NCBI GenBank assembly: GCA_013265495.1
Contig: MU058636.1
Location: 8,453,425-8,517,424, forward strand
Reading direction: 5' to 3'
Origin: Vicugna vicugna
Taxonomy: Eukaryota
DNA length: 64,000 bases
Part shown: piece by piece, positions 13,776-24,330 of the stretch
How the letters are laid out: each line of letters begins with the position of its first letter
Numbering within the stretch: the first letter of the stretch is position 1
Position numbers and translations under genes: made by a program
Notes under the pieces: generated by a model
What the model was told of the DNA's origin: nothing
The model's input: only the letters and a program-made list of their open reading frames with translations
The model's database searches: none

Positions 13776-14579
13776 AAGATATTTGCAGGAATACATCAAT
13801 CACAAACGATGAGGTACATCTTTATAACATTCTTTCTTGTCAATGGGTTTTCCAAAACATATCTATGATAAGTGAAGTGTTGTGAATTGAACCTAATTCT
13901 GTGGAGGTTACACTGAATTTTCTAGATCCTCTTCCACCCAACCCTGGCAATAAGTAAATAAATAAAGGTGAGCAACAAGAAGATCAAGAGGGCAGGAAAC
14001 ACAAGCAGCATTAATTATGAGTCCAAGTGTGATGTCCTACCTCGCTCTTGTGTTGAGGAACTTCTGGTGCCAGAAATATGAATAAAAATGAAAAGAAACT
14101 GCAAATTACTCATTTAAAAAACCTCAAAACCCTCTTTACTTTGCAAACCTGCTACTGTTTTATGTTTTCTTATTCTTTCCCTACTGTTCTTCTTCATCAA
14201 CACTACCCAATATCACTACAGATTTAGAGTAATACTCAATTCTAGGATATCCAGTACAATCAATACCCAGTAGTTTGTTTAAAGTCATAAATGCCTCTAT
14301 CAGTGACGTCTGCGGGGTGTTAGAAACCATCATTTCCAGAGCACTGAAAAGCAGAATGTTACCTGCGCCGAATAAATCCCTGTAATTATCACCATGTTCA
14401 CCTGTAAAACATCGGCACCCTAACCTCTGATATAAACAAGCTACTGGGAAAAATTTAAGGGCGCTTTTATTGTTGGTGGTGGTATTTAAAGGAACAGAGG
14501 AAATCTGGTACTAAATTCTGACAAAGTATGTATCATGGTGATGTATGTGATCTTCACTGCGGCTGCGAGGCGCGGGGAA

Positions 14580-14616
14580 ACACACACACACACACACGCA
14601 CACACACACACACACA
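14580..14616. repeat. (CA)n microsatellite, about 18 units, one interruption
   Basis: Seen directly. Confidence 0.95.
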
Positions 14617-16599
14617 ACGGAGACAGCAAAAAAGGAATCACTGAAAAACACCCCAAGGATTGAGACTAGGACTACAATTTCCCAACTACTGTAGGTCTGA
14701 CTTAGAAGAACTCAGGTATTTCACTATCTCCGAGGGCTTATTCTGAGCCCCAACATACTTGGGAGCAAGGTGTTCTCAAAGCAGTAAGAACATTCATTAA
14801 GCTTATTGGGTTTCTCTAAAACTCCCTGCCTCGTTCTTAAATCCCTAGGACAAAATCCAGATTTAAGAATGAGCAGTATCTCAGTGCCTCTGGCTTCCCC
14901 GAAAACTCTAAACTTCCAAGTTGAATTCTGATATCCCATAACAAATATATTTTTAAAAAAATATATCCTAACTTCTGTAATGCAGTTAAATCTAAAGAAT
15001 CAAATCCATGACATCTTTAATCTTGCTCAATCTTTTGCTTTACAAGAAGGACATGAATTTATGGACTTTACCAAACTCATTCTCTCTCAAGATATAGCAT
15101 TTCAGAAGTGGTAGTAGTAACCCTTATCTGTGCACATTGTTTTGCTTGGTCTTTGCGCCGTGCGAGGCGGTGCAGGGAAGTGGTGAAGGGCAGGACCCGG
15201 AAGGACTCCTCAGGGCTTCATCACTAGCTGTGCACCTCAGCAGAGTTAGTGCTTCTTCCATTTCCTCGTCTGAGGAAGTGGTGACAAGAGTAGCTACTTC
15301 TGAGGGCTGTCACGAGCAGTACCTGTGTGTTAACACACGCATAGCGCGTACAACATGGGCTGGCATCGCTGCTGCTGTGCAGCTTTGTATTTGATGTGTG
15401 GTTACCAGAAACTGGGTTTTGTCCTACGATGTAGTCCTTGGTCAATGCTAAATCATATATGATTTGTCTAGTCCATGGAGGTAATTTTTGAAGTATAATG
15501 AACTCTGCGTGTTTCTATTGATTTGAAAGAAATGCTAATTGCGTGCGGTGAGGAAACTTCTATTTCCGTGATGGCTTAAAGAGACACAGGTTACATAATT
15601 TAAATTTTAAGGAGTTGCCAGTACCTTTTTCGTATCCGATGAAAACACTTCCTTTTCAGTGATCCAATGAATGAGTATAATATAAGCTGAATTACTTTGT
15701 AAGCAAGAGAAGAAACAAGCAATTAAGAATGTTGTTTCCATGGGGGAAACTATATGTCTACACCTACTGCTAAAATTAATATTAATTTGGGGGTGATTTC
15801 AATTTTAAATAAATATATACCAGTCACTGGGAGGAAGAAGAAGAGACTACTAGGAGTTTGTACTTCTTTTGAATTATAACAATATTGCACTGATTGAAAA
15901 CAGAATTTAACTTTGCTTAGATTTAGACTGTTAGAATGAATTCATTTTCACCTGGATACTATGAACGTGCAGTCATCTTGCTTTGTTGAAGATGCTTAAA
16001 CTATTCTAATTTATTGTTACTTTTTTCTAGGGCTGAGAACTTATGCCACATTTTGGAAATTCACTTACCCACAAAGCCGCATACTTAAACTGATTTGCAG
16101 ATGAATCGGGAAAAAGGCATTAAAAAAACTTGAAGTGGAAAATTTTTCTGACCAAATATCATTAACAAATCGTCAGTCATCAACATTGATTAACACAAAC
16201 ATTTCTTTTACTTACTGAAAGGAAAACCGGGCAACCTAAAACTCTAGAAAGTATCCTTGACTTCCATTTCAAGAGTTTGATCTGGGCTTGGTGAGAGGAG
16301 GCTTGCTCGCTTTGATTGTGCACAGTAATTATTTACATGCTCTTAAGAAATAATTGGATAACATCTGGGTTTTAAAGCCAAACTGTAGGGCTGAATGAAA
16401 AGTAACTGAAGGTGCAACCATCCCTAGAGACCCTAAAAAATTATGAAAAGCTCTAATATTTCAGCTACATTTTTTTTGCATATAAAAAACTTATGATAGG
16501 AGTCCTCTACCACATGTAATAAGCTGCATTTGTTTAATTGAAAAAGAGAGCTAAAAAGTTCCTGTGGGTTATTGCAACAGTACAGGAATACAAGGTGTG

Positions 16600-16609
16600 T
16601 TTATTTATT
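16600..16609 (-). terminator. Candidate proximal polyadenylation signal of TRPC4 (overlapping AATAAATAAA)
   Basis: About 250 nt after the stop codon; preceded on the mRNA by a U17 tract (16614-16630) and a TGTA motif near 16661. Confidence 0.55.
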
Positions 16610-16856
16610 AACCAAAAAAAAAAAAAAAAAGTAAAACAAATTGTGAAAGCAAAAGCGGGCTACAAACAAGGGTTGTCGATAGCCTTTGCTTGATTTAAAC
16701 ATCACACGTTAATATACCACGGCTGATAAATGCTATGAAGTGTAAGTTAGCATTGGCTGATTTACTTTTAAACATCTCCCCCCACCCCGCACACACACAC
16801 CCAAAGCACTATGGAAAATGTGCCTTGTGGATGATAAACGCTTCCTCCTTCCAGGT

Positions 16857-17570
16857 TCACAGTCTTGTGGTCACATAATCCTCGTGGGTGACCGTGTCTG
16901 TGGCCTCGTAGTCTAGACTCGAGTCCTTGTCCTTCGCGTGCTTCTCCTTTGGTATGATCGGAACCGTGTCCTCCACCACCACCTTATCCGACTCGAACGA
17001 ACCCACTGCCCTGCTTGCCTGTAAACCCAGGGAGTCCGTGCTTCTCTCTCGATGATCTACTAATATACACTGTTCGCTGAGCCCGGGGATGTTCAGGTCA
17101 CCCCGGGAAGCTAACCCTCGAGATTCCAGGGGGATATTTCTCTCCGGGGGTCCTTCGGCTTGTTGGCGAGCAACCCCTTCCGAAACGGAGAAGATTTGGT
17201 TTGCATGTTGCTCGGCAGCGTGGTGTTTTGATCGTCTGTGGAACAGCCCGAAGTTTTTAATATCGGTCACAAAATTGACTCTCCTCGGCTTCTCCCTCGG
17301 GGGCTCCTGCACCACGAGCGCCGAGCCATTGCTCATGTGTCTCTCGGAGGCGATGGCGGCCGATCGCGGGTGAATCAGGGTGGTTAAGTCGAAGAGGCTG
17401 AAGTTCTTCTTCTTGTCCTTGCTGCTGCCTTCGTTGTCACTCCTCTCATCGGAGTCGACGGAGTTAGAAGACTCCTTCATGCCCTGAGCAGACTGTACCG
17501 TGGAGAGTTTGCTTCCTCTTAGTAAGCCCAGGACCTCAAAGCGGAAACTAGAAATGTCTTGTTTGAGTTC
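16857..17570 (-). CDS. TRPC4: TRPC4 last coding exon: [19 protein letters not shown]...HEDYVTTRL* (237 aa plus TGA); coiled coil, distal C-tail, PDZ-binding motif
   Basis: Acceptor (T)n-ccacttag|GAA at 17570; in frame with ORF 16857..17480; stop TGA at 16859-16857. Confidence 0.97.
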   Translation of the reverse strand, partial: ELKQDISSFRFEVLGLLRGSKLSTVQSAQGMKESSNSVDSDERSDNEGSSKDKKKNFSLFDLTTLIHPRSAAIASERHMSNGSALVVQEPPREKPRRVNFVTDIKNFGLFHRRSKHHAAEQHANQIFSVSEGVARQQAEGPPERNIPLESRGLASRGDLNIPGLSEQCILVDHRERSTDSLGLQASRAVGSFESDKVVVEDTVPIIPKEKHAKDKDSSLDYEATDTVTHEDYVTTRL

Positions 17571-17908
17571 CTAAGTGGAAAAAAAAAAAAAAGACAAAAT
17601 TAGCTTGTGACCTAAATGAATAAACATTAGGAAACATCATGTGCTCCTTTCATATTATGGGTCTGACCTGTCTTCACCCACTTCTGAGAGCTAGGATTCC
17701 AGCCTGCTGGGGTTTCTGTTGAGAACTGTCAATTCTCTCACTGGTACTTGTATCATTTCTCTGTTGGAGTTCTGTAGTGACAAGGGACTTCCTAGGGTTG
17801 ATGTAAAAAGAACCAGGAAGAATTTTCTTTTCCACCACTGTGTAGTGGAGTCTGTTGGTTTCTTTGTTGTTGGTCTTTTTTTAAGTGAATGTGTCTATTT
17901 TCTTAAGC

Positions 17909-18048
17909 TTTTGGGAGGAGGGGGTGGCAGGGGGAGGTAATTAAGGTTTTTTTTATTATTTATTTATAATGGAGGTACTGGGGATTGAACCTAGGACCTC
18001 CTGCATGATAAGCCTGCACTCTACTACTGAGCTATACCCACCCCTTCC
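17909..18048 (-). mobile_element. tRNA-derived camelid-type SINE (last intron)
   Basis: atggaggtactggggattgaacctaggacctcctgcatgataagcctgcactctactactgagctatacccacccc. Confidence 0.85.
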
Positions 18049-19232
18049 CTTGTTGGGTGTCTTTCGGCTGACTATTTCACATCCTTTCTCTCCAAAATAT
18101 TCATCTGCTTTCAAGTCATTTAAGTCTCTCAGGGATGCATTTTTTTAGAGATTTTTTTTTTTAAATATTGGCACAGTTTGCTGTCCAAAGGAATGCCTAA
18201 AACAAAATAATGAAAGTGGAATCTGCCCTTCCAAGAGTTGGCAGTTACTTTCAATTGTTTACTATCCTGGAGTTGATTTTATCCCAACATCTGGGTCTGC
18301 CCCTACCCCCTGGGAATTGATGCAGAACAGACAGCATTTCCTACATCCATCCCTTTATCTTTCTGGACAACTGAATTCTCAGTCCTAACCTGACAGTGGC
18401 CTTTGAGGTGGCCTTCTACCTCTAACCCGTCTCCCAAAGCACCATGAATCATTTAATGCCAAAATTTGGATGTTGTGGCCCCAAAGAACATTTTGGATCC
18501 TAGCCACCTTTCAGTCTGTGCTTTTAGTTTTGCAATTTATGTCTTTTTACCTAATTCACTGCTTATATTTATTCTGTCAAGCCTGCTGTTTTTCTTTGTC
18601 AAAAGTCTCCAGTAAGGTATTTCATTTGCCTGTTTTTGCGTCTAAGATCTTATTGACTTCAGTCAATCTTCCAAAATCTCTAAAGACTCATGCAGAATAA
18701 CAAGGGTATTTTACACACATGATATGAGCAAATGTATATTTCAGGTATTCCACCTGTCTTCTCTGATAGAATTTAAAAAAAAAAAACAAAACCGCAGGGA
18801 GAAAAACTATATTTAAAGTTACAGATAAGCTCAAACTTTAAATTTCTTGCTACCAAAGCCATGCAGAACAGAAAGAAGGTTTTTGTTGTCATTGTTTTCA
18901 GCACCTTGGTTACTAAATCAGACTGAAAGTTTAAGAGCTAAAGCTTCCTCAGTAGAGTGTGGCCGGGATCAGCAATCAGAATGCCACAGGCACTAGGATT
19001 TTTCTCTGCCTCCAGACGGGCCCCCTCCTTCTTTCAAATTAAGTATGTTTGAAAACAATGCACTTTGCAAAGAAATTTCACCACTTTTGTTTTTTTTGAT
19101 AATTCAATAGGGCTTTAATTTAAAAATCAGAAGACAGATGGAACACACGGCTAGCTCAGACTTTTAGTGTGCTGTTCCCGGTTCCATGCTCAGTGGAATC
19201 TGCATCTCAGTGATGAAGATGGAGGTGGTTAC

Positions 19233-19322
19233 CTTAAAGTTCTCCTCAGTCAGGCCTTCTTCAGTTTTGGCGTCTCTAATCATAGCGGCGACATACCGCT
19301 TCACCAGGTTCCTCATAACTTC
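19233..19322 (-). CDS. TRPC4: TRPC4 90-nt exon (about exon 10): [30 protein letters not shown]
   Basis: Read by hand; acceptor cctcag|GAA, donor AAG|gtaacc; a 125-nt intron separates it from the 42-nt exon. Confidence 0.96.
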
Positions 19323-19447
19323 CTGAGGCATTTAAAAACAACAAAATTGATTTTCAGTGAATAAATATGACTTCTCTCTTGAGTCAGTTCTAAAGACGAG
19401 ATTGTGCTTTATTTTAATGCAAGTTTCAAGACAGAAGAATAACTTAC

Positions 19448-19489
19448 TTGATATTGGTGATGTCTTCTTAAATTATCAGCCGCTCGCCT
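19448..19489 (-). CDS. TRPC4: TRPC4 42-nt exon (about exon 9): RRAADNLRRHHQYQ; part of the calmodulin/IP3R-binding (CIRB) region
   Basis: Read by hand, absent from the ORF track: tttcag|AGGCGAGCGGCTGATAATTTAAGAAGACATCACCAATATCAA|gtaagt. Confidence 0.96.
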
Positions 19490-22059
19490 CTGAAACAGAG
19501 AAGGGACATTTACTTTTCGGTTACAGTGATATTTTATCGTTCTGTAAAACAATTCCTTGTTCTTTTAATCAAGGATATTATTTTTCTCATTCCTCCAAAG
19601 TAGGAATTTTACTGGACAATGGACACACTAGAGAGCGTGCTTCATGTTGTTACGGAAAAGACAGGCCAGCCAAGAATCAAGCACCACTCGGAGGGTTGGA
19701 GTACTCAGATGTATTACGCCGGCGGGCTCAGAGGGGCTTCTGCTCCGAAGCTCTGAGCACCTCCAAGACGTGCACATGAGGTTTTATAGGGTTAATTACA
19801 AGTATGGGCTATTAGCCAATAAGGCTCAAACAACAAAAAGCAAGGAATCAGTACACTGAAGCTTATCAATTCGGAACAGATCACGTTACTGACACTTGTT
19901 GAGCTTGGAGTTAGCTTGTTAGCCCAGTAAACTGACACTAAACCAGATTTATGAGTTAACCCAGCAGAACTCAGATCAGTAATCCGACACTTGTTACACT
20001 TAGATTTGTGGCTTAGCTTGTTAGCCCAGGTGGGCTTTTCCTTCACAATGTGAATCCAAAGAATGATCCCAAAATGCAAGGTTATAATTCCTGAGGCATT
20101 TAATATACGTATGTTAACAATGATGGCAAGATTGTTCTTTTACTATAAAGCGATGGAGAGTTAAGTAATCATAGTTATATCAACTCTATCCCAAATCACT
20201 TACAATGATGCTAAGAAACCCAGATGGGACATCTCATATACAAAATGAATGTCAAATAAGAATAATTGATAGCATAAAAAGTTAGCATTATATGAAAGTC
20301 TTCATGAATATTAACATAGCAACATTAAGAATTGAGCCATGATACACAACGTGTAATCAGGAACACCGTTAGACAATAAACTCCCCAACACTTAATTTCA
20401 AGCACATGTACATTAACAGGAGATTGCTTTTTTTAATTAGATGGTTGAATTTAAAATCAAACCAAATCAAAGATTCTGTTCAAAGATAGTGTTGATTAAA
20501 TTTTAATTTTTAAAAACAAATGTAAGTCCAAGCTGTCGTTCTGAAGAGGTCAGAATGGTTTGGGAGCAGAGCTGGAGTTAGTACAGAGCCGTGATTATGG
20601 AGGGCAGAATGGAGAGAGATGTTTAACGACTTTTTAAAAAATCCATTATAAATTGAGTTAAATAATAAAGAACACTAAAATTATATACTTGCAGATTTCA
20701 CAAGTATTCTAAAGCTACTAGGAAAAAAGCTCTCATAATCCTAATTTTACACAAGTTGAAATAAATACCAGTATTGATTCTTAAGGAAGAAAATTGGGCA
20801 AAGCAATCTAAAATAAAAATATTTCTGTCACAAAGGAATGAATTTGGTAAACTGAGAAAGCAAAAGAGGTAACATATCTTGGGTTTAAACAAGTCTTTTG
20901 ATCTTGTTCCTTACTAAATACTTAATCATAGGCTGATAAAATGGAATTTTGAAAAGGGCTGTGCGTACATCACTGTGAAATGATACTAGGAAAAAAATCA
21001 AATTCAAAAGAAACTCCTTTTTCTCTTTAGGGGAATAGGGGAAAATGACATTTTCACTGGCCATAAGAGTGGATTTGTGTTTCATGACTGTTAGTGACTT
21101 TTAGAAACAGATGAGACAGTGCTTAACTTTCTAAAGACCACTAATGATTTGAGTACATTCATTTTTACATGAATCTTAAGAAACAAATTTTCAATATGAT
21201 TATGGTATTCATTAAAAGACTGAATACAAAATTAGAACATCTTGAAAAAAAATCGTGGGAATTTTATGACTGGGCCACAAGATGGAGATATGTGACCCTT
21301 ATTGAGATCAGCTGAAATCCCAGACAAAGAGCACTTCTGCAAGGAAACAGGCCTTTGAGAACTTCTTAAAGTTTTCTTTAAGTGAACACAAATACTAAAG
21401 CAGACCGTGTACTAGCTTCTTTGGCATTCTCGTGTAAATGTCATATAGGAGATCGTATTCCATGATTTAAGTAAATAAAAACTCGGAATTTAATACAGAA
21501 TTTAGTCAACTTAATTTTTATCATCTTGGGGTTCTATAGCATTTTGCTAGTTTAGTCTTTGAAAAACCAATAAAAAATAGTCAACAGAAAGCAGTTTGAA
21601 GTCATGACAGAATTAGAAAATTATGAGCAATAAGTGAACATTATCATGATGCATTTTAGCATTCAAGAGATCACAAATTGTCTTGCCTTTGGTACAACCT
21701 TAGTCACATACAAATTTCAAAATTTGAAAACAAATATAAAAAGAGCAAAGATCACACTTTAAAAAATAATTCCAGGTTTTTTTTTTTAGGATAAAAAAAT
21801 TTAAAACAAAATAGTCTGGCAGAAAGAACATAGAACAAGTTTGCTGTGATAACTTTCAAAAGTTATTCAATATCCACAGCCCAGGTTTAAGGCTAAGCTA
21901 ATCTAGTTGCTTTTGCCAACCAGTTTGTTACCACACCTATATGGGGATACGACGGAACAAATTTTAGTCTTGTGAGTGAGGTTGTATCAGCCAACTGCAC
22001 TTGAATCTCTTGAAAATAAGGATGGATGCGGTTAACCATCTTCTGAATGCTGAAAACAA

Positions 22060-22570
22060 AAATGAATGCAATGAAAAGAGTTTGGAGCAGAGAAAGTTTT
22101 GCTGCAGGGCCAAGCAAGAGAACGGGTGGCTTGTGCTCAAAAACTCCGAACTCCCCAGTGGCTTGAGGGGGGTAGTTTTTACGGGCACAATTTGAGTTGA
22201 GGGCAACGGGGTTTGTGACTTTCTTCTGATCGGTTGTTGATGCTCCAGGACGCCTGTGCTCAGCCTGAAGTTACCATCCTCCACCTGGGTGGGGGCTTTA
22301 GTTCTGGCAGAGGAACTCAAAGATACTGTTATGTATATTTCTTCTGGAAGAACCAGGTCCCTGCCCCAGGGCTGCACTTTTGTTTCTCAACTGCTCCTCC
22401 TTTGTTTCTGTATTCCCCCGACTCTGCTAGCAGTTGTTTGAATCTGCCCTTCGGAACTCAGAGGAGGTCGTAGGAGGCTGAAGCCTTTTTCCTACAAACC
22501 AGAAACAGGGAACAGGGAACAGGGAACAGGTTTGTACGGGGACTGCCCCACATGGTCCTGCTCGGTTTGT
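22060..22570 (-). mobile_element. ERV1-class LTR (cetartiodactyl family), same sense as TRPC4
   Basis: tttggagcagagaaag...gcagggccaagcaag...gctcagcctgaagttaccatcctccacctgggtggggg...ggtcctgctcggttt; internal (AACAGGG)x4 at 22504-22530. Boundaries approximate. Confidence 0.75.
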
Positions 22571-22574
22571 CTTG

Positions 22575-22876
22575 CTCTGAGACTCGGTAAATCCTCCCTT
22601 TCCTCTTCCTAGCTTCTGGTGCTGTCTGCCAATCTCTGGTGTTCCTTGGCTTGCTCCTGCACAATTCCAGTGTCTACTTCCATCTTCATATGATGTTCTT
22701 CTTGTGTCACCTGGTCACGTTCGTATGAGGTCTCTACTCCAGTATGACCTCATTTTAACTAATCATATCTGCAAAGGCCCTATTTCCAAATAAGGTCATA
22801 TTCTGAGGTGCTGGGAATTAGGAGTTCAAAATATCGTTTTTTTTATTTGTGAGGGAGACACAATTCAGTCCATAAG
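22575..22876 (-). mobile_element. MLT1-type ERVL-MaLR LTR fragment
   Basis: ctagcttctggtg...ccttggcttg...ccagtatgacctcattttaactaatcatatctgcaaaggccctatttccaaataaggtcatattctgaggtgctggg...acacaattcagtccata. Confidence 0.85.
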
Positions 22877-23107
22877 AGATGTACTCTTTGCAATAAACAT
22901 AATGATAATTTTTGGCAATTGGTGACATCATTCAATATTATGTAACAGTGTGACCACCAACAATAACTAGCATGTTTGCAGCCTTTTTATTGGGGAAATT
23001 TCAGCTGAGCGTCAAAAAGATTTACAATCATAAGGGAAGGCATTACATCTTATAATTATCACGGGAAGTGACCAAGAACAGAATTGACTGATTTGCGTTT
23101 ATAAAAG

Positions 23108-23439
23108 TGTGAATGAAAAATGTTGCCTGCCATGTCAGTAACCAAAGGATGCTGCAGCCATCAAGCCTCTACAGCTGCCCCTTCCCCTCTGTGGTGGAGG
23201 ATGGAGACCAATGGGTTGCTGGCTGCCAAGCCATCAGCCACTGCAGCCACCCCTAACGGTGCACCCTGAGGGGAAAGAACCGATACTGTCCCAGGATAGC
23301 TAAGGTGCATATCAAAGGAATGGTTTAAATGAGCCCTGATTCTTGCATCTTCCCACACAAAGGAAAGAGCTAAATTCATTAACTTGAGAACAAAACATAA
23401 TTCTTAACTTTAAGGTTGTGCATTTTTATTCAGTTGACA
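23108..23439 (+). mobile_element. ERV1-class solo LTR with TG...CA ends and 4-bp TSD
   Basis: Starts tgtgaatgaaaaatg and ends cattttt-attcagttgaca (imperfect terminal inverted repeat); TSD aaag at 23104-23107 and 23440-23443. Strand is inferred. Confidence 0.8.
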
Positions 23440-23721
23440 AAAGTATTATAATAAAGGACATTTCATTAAAAAAAATCTAAGGGGAGAGGAGGTATTTAAT
23501 CTTTTCAAGCTATTCAAATTTTAAACTTTAATTGATAAATGACCCTCCATGACTAGCGGTTCTCCAGCTTTACTAAAAAATAATAAACTGGGTGGAATTA
23601 GAGCACGGCAAACCTAGGTTAGAAGTAAAGACATTTTCTGTGAATGAGTTCATGTTTGCAACGTTACTGAGAAATTTGTGGAGCTGCATTTGGCAGCTTT
23701 TAAAGAAAGTAACTTAAGCTG

Positions 23722-24040
23722 TGATAACGAGCAGGACCCTGTGGGCTCCCCCGATCTGCCCCAGCCAACCCTGGCCTCCTGTTTATAGAAAAGCTGAAGT
23801 CTCCCAGGCCTCCCCGAGTCCCAGAAGAAGAGCAGGCTCCAGCAGTTGATGAGGACAAGCCTGCAGGCACTGGGGGAAGGCAAGGGCTCTCATCACCTAC
23901 CAGTGGTTAATTGCAGTTGCTCCCCCATCTCCCTTTAGAACTTTCAGGGCTGAACAGAATCTTTGAAAATGTTTCTTTTTAGGGGGGGATGCTGGGTCCA
24001 CCAGACTGCAGGCATTCTAATTAAAAGCAACTTTTCTTTT
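23722..24040 (+). mobile_element. ERV1-class LTR related to the 22060-22570 element, in the opposite orientation
   Basis: Begins tgataacgagcaggaccctgtggg, similar to the reverse complement of cccacatggtcctgctcg at about 22547-22564; ATTAAA at about 24020. Confidence 0.65.
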
Positions 24041-24099
24041 TGCTGCCCAGGCTGTTGCCCTTAGGATCATACCCCTGCCCTCCCTCGAATAGAAACCAA

Positions 24100-24330
24100 A
24101 TATTCTTAATCTAAGTCTCAGGAGGCAGCTGCAGAGAAGAAACAAGAACTGGTTAGAACCAGTGGAGCCCAAGATGGTGGTGGGTTTGACTTCCAGTGGA
24201 CCTTGAGCCTCATTGTACGCTCATTATAATGTATCAGCATGCTGAGTGGCACACCCAGCGGTGCCATGACAGTTGACGATTGCCATGACAACAACAAGAA
24301 AAGCCCATACAACTTCCCTTAACCTGATGT
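24100..24330 (+). mobile_element. MER41-like ERV1 LTR fragment
   Basis: cccaagatggtg...cattataatgtatcagcatgct...acacccagcggtgccatgacagttgacgattgccatgacaac resembles the MER41 core as recalled. Confidence 0.6.

Noticed and set aside
17089..17373. 94-aa plus-strand ORF
   Set aside because: Antisense to the GC-rich last exon, where stop codons are depleted by composition.
19357..19779. 140-aa plus-strand ORF
   Set aside because: Non-ATG start, antisense across the 42-nt exon, no homology recognised.
21964..22377. 137-aa minus-strand ORF and neighbouring ORFs at 22-24.5 kb
   Set aside because: They lie in LTR remnants; no gag/pol/env motifs are seen, so there is no provirus body.
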